Positions 55,467 to 64,000 of a stretch of 64,000 nucleotides of DNA are shown one piece after another (within the stretch, counting starts at the first letter, position 1; every line of letters starts with the position of its first letter). The translations under genes were made by a program, and so were the position numbers. The DNA is taken from assembly GCF_009914755.1 (NCBI RefSeq), contig NC_060933.1; one strand, written 5' to 3'. Source of the DNA: the human T2T-CHM13v2.0 reference genome, Homo sapiens. The notes beneath the pieces were generated by a model that was not told where the DNA came from, searched no databases, and worked only from the letters and a program-made list of their open reading frames with translations.

Positions 55467-56038
55467 TGTCTGTTCATATCCTTAACCCACTTGTTGACGG
55501 GATTGTTTGTTTTTTTCTTGTAAGTTTGTTGGAGTTCATTGTAGATTCTGGATATTAGCCCTTTGTCAGATGAGTAGATTGCAAAACTTTTCTCCCATTC
55601 TATAGGTTGCCTGTTCACTCTGATGGTAGTTTCTTTTGCTGTGCAGAAGCTCTTTAGTTTAATTAGATCCCGTTTGTCAATTTTGGCTTTTGTTGCCATT
55701 GCTTTTGGTGTTTTAGACATGAAGTCCTTGCCCATGCCTGTGTCTTGAATGGTATTGCCTAGGTTTTCTTCTAGGGTTTTTATGGTTTTAGGTCTAACTT
55801 GTAAGTCTTTAATCCACCTTGAATTAATTTTTGTATAAGGTGTAAGGAAGGGATCCAGTTTCAGCTTTCTACATACGGCTAGCCAGTTTTCCCAGCACCA
55901 TTTATTAAGTAGGGAATCCTTTCCCCATTTCTTCTTTTTGTCAGGTTTGTCAAAGATCAGATAGTTGTAGATATGTGGCATTATTTCTGAGGGCTCTGTT
56001 CTGTTCCATTGGTCTATATCTCTGTTTTGGTACCAGTA
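55461..56038 (-). mobile_element. Inverted 5' segment of a twin-primed L1PA3/4 (ORF2 fragment)
   Basis: Minus strand reads [13 protein letters not shown]...KDMNRHFS; ends at cacttctc, essentially where the forward segment resumes. Confidence 0.93.
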
Positions 56039-56843
56039 AAGAAGACATTTATGCAGCCAAAAGACACATGAAAAAACGCTCACCATCACTGGCCATCAGA
56101 GAAATGCAAATCAAAACCACAATGAGATACCATCTCATACCAATTAGAATAGCGATCATTAAAAAGTCAGGAAACAACAGGTGCTGGAGAGGATGTGGAG
56201 AAATAGGAACAGTTTTACACTGTTGGTGGGACGGTAAACTAGTTCAACCATTGTGGAAGTCAGTGTGCTGATTCCTCAGGGATCCAGGACTAGAAATACC
56301 ATTTGACCCAGCCATCCCATTACTGGGTATATACCCAAAGGATTATAAATCATGCTGCTATAAAGACACATGCACACGTATGTTTATTGCTGCACTATTC
56401 ACAATAGCAAAGACTTGGAACCAACCCAAATGTCCAACAATGATAGACTGGATTAAGAAAATGTGGCACATATACACCATGGAATACTACACAGCTATAA
56501 AAAATGATGAGCTCATGTCCTTTGTAGGGACATGAATGAAGCTGGAAACCATCATTCTCAGCAAACTATCGCAAGGACAAAAAACCAAACACCGCATGTT
56601 CTCACTCATAGGTGGGAATTGAACAATGAGAACAGATGGACACAGGAAGGGGAACATCACACACCAGGGCCTGTTGTGGGGTAGGGGGAGGAGGGAGGGA
56701 TAGCATTAGGAGATATACCTAATGTTAACTGACGAGTCAATGGGTGCAGCATACCAGCATGGCACATGTATACATATGCAACAAACCTGCACGTTGTGCA
56801 CATGTACCCTAAAACTTCAAGTATAATTAAAAAAAAAAAAAAA
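56038..56843 (+). mobile_element. Forward 3' segment of the same L1PA3/4 (ORF2 end, 3' UTR, poly(A))
   Basis: aaagaagacatttatgcagcc...atcatgctgctataaagac...ggagatatacctaatg...accctaaaactt plus A-tail. Confidence 0.95.
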
Positions 56844-59289
56844 AGAAAGAAAGGGAGATGTTGGAGGTGCAATAGGGTCAGATGCAGAGAGAAGCCTGAG
56901 GGAGAGGTGGGGTTAAGTGTATTTGAGCAACCATAAGAAAGGTACTGTGGCTGGAGCTTAGCAACCAGGAAGGACAGCACTAGGAACCTGGGCTGATGGG
57001 CAGAGGCCCAGTCATTTAGGACTTACAGACCATAGTAAGGAGCTTAGGTTTTTAATGTAATGTTATAAGAATGGAGGCTTACACTGAGGTCTTCAGAGAA
57101 TCAAGCAAGGCACTGCGAAAGCAGGAGCTTGAGGTCTGGCCAATCTCAATCTCTTTGAGACTTTCAAGGTTCCAGCATGAATCTTATCAGACACCATTAC
57201 TTAATCAGATGCCCCTTTGAGGGCTGCATCAGGCTTTTAATTCTCCTGGAGGAGGCAGCAAATGAGCAAAGAGGAGGACACCTCTGTACTAGCATTGCAA
57301 TCCTGAGGACTGCAGTGAAATTTAGGGAAGAAAACAGATGGAGGTCAGAGCCTCTGTGACCCAGCTATCAAAGAAACCATGGGCCTATTTTGGCCTTATT
57401 TAAGTACTCTCCGATTACTGGGAACTGTTATTTGTGAAATACATGTATAAATGGGTTTGCATGTTCACTTGTACATCACAGATATTCTCTGATATCTGAG
57501 TAGGGACAAACTTAAGAGTCCACATCAAAGCCTTCATTTGACATTGAGGAAGCTAAAGCCCAGAGAACTGAAGTGTTTGCCACAGTATGAACAACTGTTT
57601 CAGAGTCTAGCCTGCCTTTGTCTTCTCCCATGTCTTCTCCTTTGTTTTCCCTGACACTGCCTTCTGTTTAACACATATAATCCATATAGTTTAGGCCCAT
57701 GGCATGCCCGTCTAAGGAAAAGAGCGTCAATTAAGCAGGAGAAAAAACTGAATTGCTGTTTTAGGCATGAAGTCTTAAGAGGGGACTGACTGTAATAAGC
57801 TAGTGTTTTCTTCTTGCCCTATACCACACTGTTACTTCCTTCCACACTTCGTGGCTCTTCAGGAACTTGCAGATTACACCGAATCCCAGAGAATGGAGAT
57901 CCCATTAGTAGGAAAAGAAGGGTTGAATATTTGCTTGAATTTTTCTCTCCCAAATGTACCCTTCAAAGCAGAGTTCCGCCAGTCAGGCCCAAATAATCTT
58001 ACTCTGTGGCTGAAGGGTGCCCCGTGGGAGTGTCTGTGTGTACACAGTGGCTGGCAAACATCTGATTTTTTCACTTAGCATCACTCTACCTGCTTTGACC
58101 ATTTTCATAAGACCAAGCCTGGACAAGGTGACTGGCCTAAGCCACATGACTATGTTTGTCTCCCTGCTCTCACAAATGCTCAGTCGACTTAAAACTGGCT
58201 ATCTTCAAAGATATGCTTGAAACAGAGGCGTTGCTACTTGAAGATTACTAACATCACTCCCTTTCCTCATATACCCTTTAACCATCATTAAGCTTCAGTG
58301 TTCTTCCCTCTTCATTGTTCCACCTTCTCCATCGTATCTCCTCCCATTGTTTCCTTGGTCATTCATTTATCAGAAACTCCCAACTCTTTAGCAACAGTTT
58401 GGAACTCTCTCCTAACTTCCAAACCAATGCCTAAGTCTTACAGGGAGCACATTCTGCCCATTTCCTTCCCTATCTGCCCCCCTACCACCACCAATTTTTC
58501 CAGAAAATCATTCCTCTTCCTCCTATATTTAGTTAGAAAACTGCACTACTATAGATACAGTCTCCCAAGCTGCAAATGTTTCTCGCGTAGCAAGTTAGTC
58601 ACTGTATCTTTTCAATTCTCTCACATCTGCCCTTGCCTCCACCACTACTGCCCCTGACCTTCAGTCATCTCCTGCACAGACTTTAACAATGCAGTCCTAA
58701 TCATTCTCTTTACCCCTTGTAAACCTACCTGCAAGAGGCAATAACTCACCATTATTGACTGACTTCAAATGAATGTGACACCGCCCGCCTCGGAAGGAAA
58801 TTCCCAAACAGGAATCCAACAAAGCTTGAACATAAACATGGGTTGTGGAATAGCACCTGCCACAGTTTCTTCTTTGAAGAAGATGATAGTTGAATGTACA
58901 AGTGTAGGTAAGTCTGTCACAAAGAAAATCAACCTCATCACATTTCAGGCACATGCTCAATGGAAGGGAAGGAGTGTCGGTAGACTTTAGATTTTAAGAG
59001 ATCTTTGGGGGACTCCCTAGTTAGATGGCTTTCAAGACACATGGCCTCTCCTAGCTTCCATCTTCCCATCTGGAAATTCAGATATTAATAGTGCTCACTT
59101 GGCAGGACTGTTATATTATGTGATAATGTGTGCAACGCAAATCTCTCTCTGCCTGATGCAAAGTAAATGGCATGAGATGCCTTTTTTCCCCCCCTTAGCA
59201 CCTCCTGGTTACTTCTCCCTTTATCCAAGCTCCTGCTTCTCCACAGCAATATTGTACCTGAGCAGAGGATTCTGGATGATCTCACCAAT

Positions 59290-59760
59290 GTGCTAACCGT
59301 GAGGGCGATTTAAGGTGAGCAGCCTTTTCTTCTGAGTCTCTTGCCTGGGTGTTGGGCAAATGCTTCCACCGGCTGGCTGACATATGTGGCCTGCTGCAGA
59401 CTAATTTCTTGTGACATGTTGCCTTGAATGCACAGTCACAGAGCATGTGCTGAAGTGCTAAACACCCCCAAACTGTGCACTTTCCAATCTGTGAAAGCTT
59501 TTTGGTGGGTCCAGGCTTTTTTTCTAGACCTGAGGCATTATAATGAGGAAGCACATGGACACGTCATTGAGGCAATCTGTCACCTTGCAAATGCTTAATA
59601 GCAGCAGCAGGACCTGTGTGTCCCTCTCAGTGAGCCAGACACCACCACACAGCTGCTCTTCTGTTGAAGTTGTTGCTGCATTAATGAGCTTCCAGACAAA
59701 GGCATGACTGTGTGGTGTGTAGCTCAGGGTCCGCACGCAGGCTGGGAGTAATGCACAGAG
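59290..59760. promoter_or_regulatory. Candidate enhancer (repeat-free, homeobox/SOX/E-box motif cluster)
   Basis: cattataatg, gcattaatga, ctaattt, gacaaag, cacgtca, cagctg, tgcaaat and several retained CpGs. Confidence 0.35.
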
Positions 59761-60499
59761 GGAGACCTATGCTCAAAAATAATACTTCATTTGCAAAAAA
59801 CTGGTTTGGAGCCCACAGGAATTACTGTGTTTCTTTAGACTTCAAAACTTGTAAAGGCCGGATCATCCTCCTGCAATATTTTACGATAACAGTAGCATGT
59901 TAACAGTTATCTGATCCTCTAGGGTTTATAGTGTTTTCACACTTTGAACCTCACCATATCACTGTAAACGTATTGTTTTACGGATGAGAAAATTTGAGTC
60001 CTTCAAAGGTTCAACAAAATACACAAGTTCATGTGGTTAATAAAAGGCAGGGACAGCCCTTGAATGGAGACCTGTATGACTCCAGGTGCTTGACTTTCTG
60101 AAGAATTATCACCAGACTTACTCTCAGTTCCCCCATATGTACTAAGATGTCACTGAAACAGCTAAAAAGGAAGCTTCTGATAGAAGGAGCTTTCAAGGGA
60201 CTGAACTTCTCCATTAAGATTTTAAGTCCTTTATCTGCCAGCATGTTAAAGGAGACTAGGGCATCCCAGACATTTTTCAAAAGCTAAGCCTTACACCCAA
60301 AGCAGGTCCTTCCTCTGCCTTGCTTATGATGATGATGTAGGAACCTTATGTGATACCTCACACCACCAATATAGGAGAGTAACAACTGAAACAGAACCAA
60401 GAATATAGAACAGATGTAGAAATCAAACCCCAAACTACCTCTACTACTTCTACGACTACTATTAATAAAATAATAATGCAGATAAAACAGCAATAACAA

Positions 60500-60750
60500 A
60501 AATAACAGTAGTCAGCATTTCTTTAGCCTCTACCATATAACACTTACTGTTTGCATACATTATCTTGAATTCTCCCAACAATCATCAAATAGGGGTTGTC
60601 GTCCCTCTGCAGATGAGGACACTGTGGTTCAGAGTGGTAAAGGAACTTGCTGGAGGCCACAGAGTTTGTACATGGCAGAATGAGGCAAGATGCTCAGGTG
60701 TCCCGACTCCAAGGCTGTGCTATTTCCATTGGGCCATACTTGCCTTCTCT
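60500..60750 (-). mobile_element. MIR SINE
   Basis: tgcagatgaggacactgtggttcagagtggtaaaggaacttgc...ggccacagag...gactccaagg. Confidence 0.75.
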
Positions 60751-62302
60751 CAAGGAGATAGATAATCACCAAACTAGTGAGTAGTGTTCAGGAGGTTAGG
60801 AATCCCCATAACCCAGTGTGGCCAAGGCTGACAAAGCCTAATAGGTGCATAGCTGCTCCTTCTGATCATCCAAGGCTAACAGTTATCCTTCAGGACCCAG
60901 AAAATGGGTTTCAATAACCTGCTTTTAATTTTCTGTGCCTGGCCAAGAAATAATGAACAAAGGGACAACTTCTAAAAAAAATCTGGCTTCAGGTGTGAGT
61001 TCAATCAAATCCTCTGACAGTGTGTTAAAGTATCTGTGTATGTGCACACACACCCACATTCATGCCACACAGGTGTAGGATGCGAGCAGAGAACAGTAGG
61101 CTGATTCCATGTCCTTTTCTGCCTCCTGACAGCTATGAAACTACAAGTGGGTAGATTATAGTTGAAGATAAAAATAGACATTATACTGCCGCTTTCTCTT
61201 CCCAGCTTTTTAGTCGCTCCAGCTTGAAAGCATATTGTAGCATTTTATTGTAGTCTAGGCTCTTGTGGCTTCTCTTGTTTGCCATTCCTTTTTGGAAAAC
61301 TAGAAACATTCCCTCTCCATGGGGAAATGAACTCAAGTAAGTGAGAGAGAGGCGGCAGAGTGCGCACATGTGTGTCTGTGTGTGCCTGCTTGTGTGCACG
61401 CTCATGTCCTTCCACGCCTGAGGGAGGAAAGGAGGTGGAATGAGTGCATGTGTGTGCCTGTGTCCCACTGCCTCTAAGAGAGGAGAGGAGGCAGAGTGTG
61501 AATCTGAATAGAGCGGAAATTGGAAATTGACACAGCTGTTTTTGTTTCACTGTAACCATTTTTAGAACCTCAGGATGCACTAAGCTTCCAAAGGAGGCAG
61601 CCCACTCAGCCTTGGGATTCAACACTAGCCAAGAGTGAGTAGTGATTTGAAGGCACTGGATGCATCATCCCAAGGTCTACAGTAGACCCCTCATCCAAGC
61701 ATTGCAGGTCACTTGGTATAATGCATATTCGGTGCCCTCTTTGTGTGGCAGTTAAACTGAATTGTGCAAGTAGTTGCACGTCAGGTCTCATCCCAAACCC
61801 TCTCCTTTCCGCTTATCATCTCCATTCTTTCTCCCGAAATTTTCTTTTAGGGGCACAATGTTCCATGTTTCACGCTTAGGTTCCCTGGACAACAGCACCA
61901 CCAGTCAGTGTAGCTATGTTTTATAATACACATTTCTGTGCCCACTGCAGATCTACTGAATTTGATTCTATCAAGAATTTGAATTTTAACAGCCTACTCC
62001 TGGTTATTAGTGTCATAAGCACTAAATTTTTCAAATGCCTAATAAAGCAGCAATAAAATCAAGACTTCGGAGTTGCACTTGCCTGGTATCAACCACTGAA
62101 ATATTCAGCCTCTCATCACCTTCACTAGTTCTACCACTTTATACCCAGGAAAAAATGAGAGCCATTTACAAGCTTTGTGACCCTCATCAACTCCCAATTT
62201 CTCTGGGTTTCATTTCTTCATCTTCAAAATGGGGATGATAATGGCACCTAGTGTATAGGGTTGTTGTGAGAATTATATGAGAAAACATATGTTAACACAG
62301 GG

Positions 62303-62518
62303 CAGTAGTGATCAACTGGGAGTGGGGTGATGTTGCCCATCAGGAGACAACTGACTATCTGGAGATATTTTTGGTTGTCATATAGGAGTAGGGGTGCTAC
62401 TACGATGTAGAATAGAAGCCAGGGATACGGCTAGACATCCTATAATACACAAAGAAGCCCTCCACAATAAGGAATTACCAGCCCAGCATATCAATCCTTA
62501 ACATTTTGAGAAATCCAG
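62303..62518 (+). mobile_element. MER20 hAT-Charlie MITE
   Basis: cagtagtgatcaact...tctggagatatttttggttgtca...agccagggatacggctagacatcctataat...ttgagaaatcc. Confidence 0.8.
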
Positions 62519-62524
62519 ATGCGA

Positions 62525-62710
62525 AGTTCAGCACATCAGGACTGGGTTCGAATTTTAGATGCCACCAATCTGGCTGTGTGATCTTGGGTAGATTGCTTAG
62601 CCATTTGGAGCTTCAATTTCTCCATCTGTAAAACAGGGATAAAAAATCCTGTCTCACAAGGTTAGTAAGAGTTCAAAGAAGTAATTTATAAAATATGTTT
62701 GGCATATTTT
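62525..62710 (+). mobile_element. MIR SINE
   Basis: ctgggttcgaat...ggctgtgtgatcttggg...ttctccatctgtaaaacagggata. Confidence 0.75.
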
Positions 62711-64000
62711 CAGTAGGGTCCTTTCTTTTAGTTCCTCTTAAAAGAGGCTGGTTTCCACATTCCTAATGACCTAGGAAGCCTAAGGCTTCCTTACCTTTAA
62801 TTCGCAAGTGAGGTACTTTATGTGTTGGCTCAAGGCAGGGCACAGATGGCCCATCATCTGAGCATGCATGCATGGCCAGGCCCTGTTACTGAGGTTAGGA
62901 ATCATAGGGCCCCCTATTGGGCCATGGCTCTAGGACAGCCCCATAGACAGCCACAGGCTGACATGCTTACCCTGAATGCACTATTAACCCCATGATCCTA
63001 TTTTTATATAATGAAAGAACCAACTTATTTTGTAAAAAGAGCATAAAGCCTAAAAATAAATCTAGCTAACAAGGTGAGGTTTACCATCTAGAGAGAAGAG
63101 AAACATTACACCCTTTAACATTTAGGCCATTGGATATAGGATCCCCCAAAATTACCATCAGCTACTTATTTATCCACTTAAATGAGAGAGAGCAGAGGTG
63201 TAGATAAATCAATGCTGTTTTAGATTTTATTTGTGACCTCAAAGAGCACATAAAATCTAAAACATTGCATTGATTTGTCTATATCTTGATGCAAAAAGCA
63301 TCAAGGATATGCAAGATCTTGGTGTACCCTTCCAAACATGCTGTTGTTTCTGGATGTCTCATCCCAGGTACTCTCATGTTAAACTTGGCACTGCTGTCAG
63401 TGGAGTAGGAGAGGCTTGGAATTTCACTACTCTGGGGGCAACCTGAACCTATGAAAATCACAAACATACAGCAGTAAAATTAACTTGCACTAGGAGAGAG
63501 ATGTGGAGACCTCCCCATAACCTCACTTCTCTCCAAGTCCCAAGGCCACCCAAGTCATCTTCATTCCCCTACTTTCTAGCACAATCAATTCCAACATCCT
63601 TTGTCAATTGAACGCTCATTTTTTTTTTTTTTTTGTCCACCTAGTGTACTCAAAGTACAAAATGACTAAGGGCATGGTTCAAGCCCTCAAGGAATAGTAA
63701 AGGCAGAGGAAACAAGATCCCCACTGCCCCCAAAATTAAGGGCTGCTGTGCCCTAAGAAAGAAAAGATGCAAATCAGAATCAGGGTTCTTAATATTTGTG
63801 TTTTGAGCCCAGTGACACACCTCCCTCCTGGGAAGGGGAGAGAAGGGAGTTGCGTGAGTGGCTCTGCTATAGGATTTTTGCTCCGGATAGAGATGGAAAC
63901 AAGCAAACACTACACAACTGCTGCCACAGCATGGAGCCTGTGATGAAGTCAGCAGGCAGGTGCCGCCTCACTCTCCCTCATCCCCCTCATCGTTATCACA

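Noticed and set aside
55133-56089. Longest ORF (318 aa, minus strand)
   Set aside because: A chimera of antisense L1, inverted ORF2 fragment, TC-rich microsatellite and antisense Alu. It stays open because of the inversion and the stop-free repeat; no gene evidence.

Overview
Primate (most likely human or great ape) AT-rich intergenic or deep-intronic DNA. I found no protein-coding gene, RNA gene or CRISPR array. The longer ORFs trace to L1 ORF2 remnants, MaLR sequence, Alus or microsatellites. The window is dominated by interspersed repeats: about 10 dimeric Alus and 2 monomers, two 5'-truncated L1PA copies (one with a twin-priming inversion), old L1M fragments, a complete two-LTR THE1A element with target-site duplication (TSD), several solo MaLR/ERVL LTRs, hAT MITEs (MER1B, MER5A, MER20, MER58A) and many MIR/L2 relics. 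Two repeat-free, motif-rich islands (~45.7-46.4 kb and ~59.3-59.8 kb) look like cis-regulatory elements. The most unusual structures are a perfect 47-bp inverted repeat at 23828-23940 and two fold-back (template-switch) scars inside Alus. Also notable are a ~450-bp TA array enclosed by an Alu's TSDs and a tail-less FLAM insertion. I cannot support a genuinely new biological system here; these are candidates for follow-up. Subfamily calls were made by eye from remembered consensus sequences, and boundaries of old repeats are approximate.
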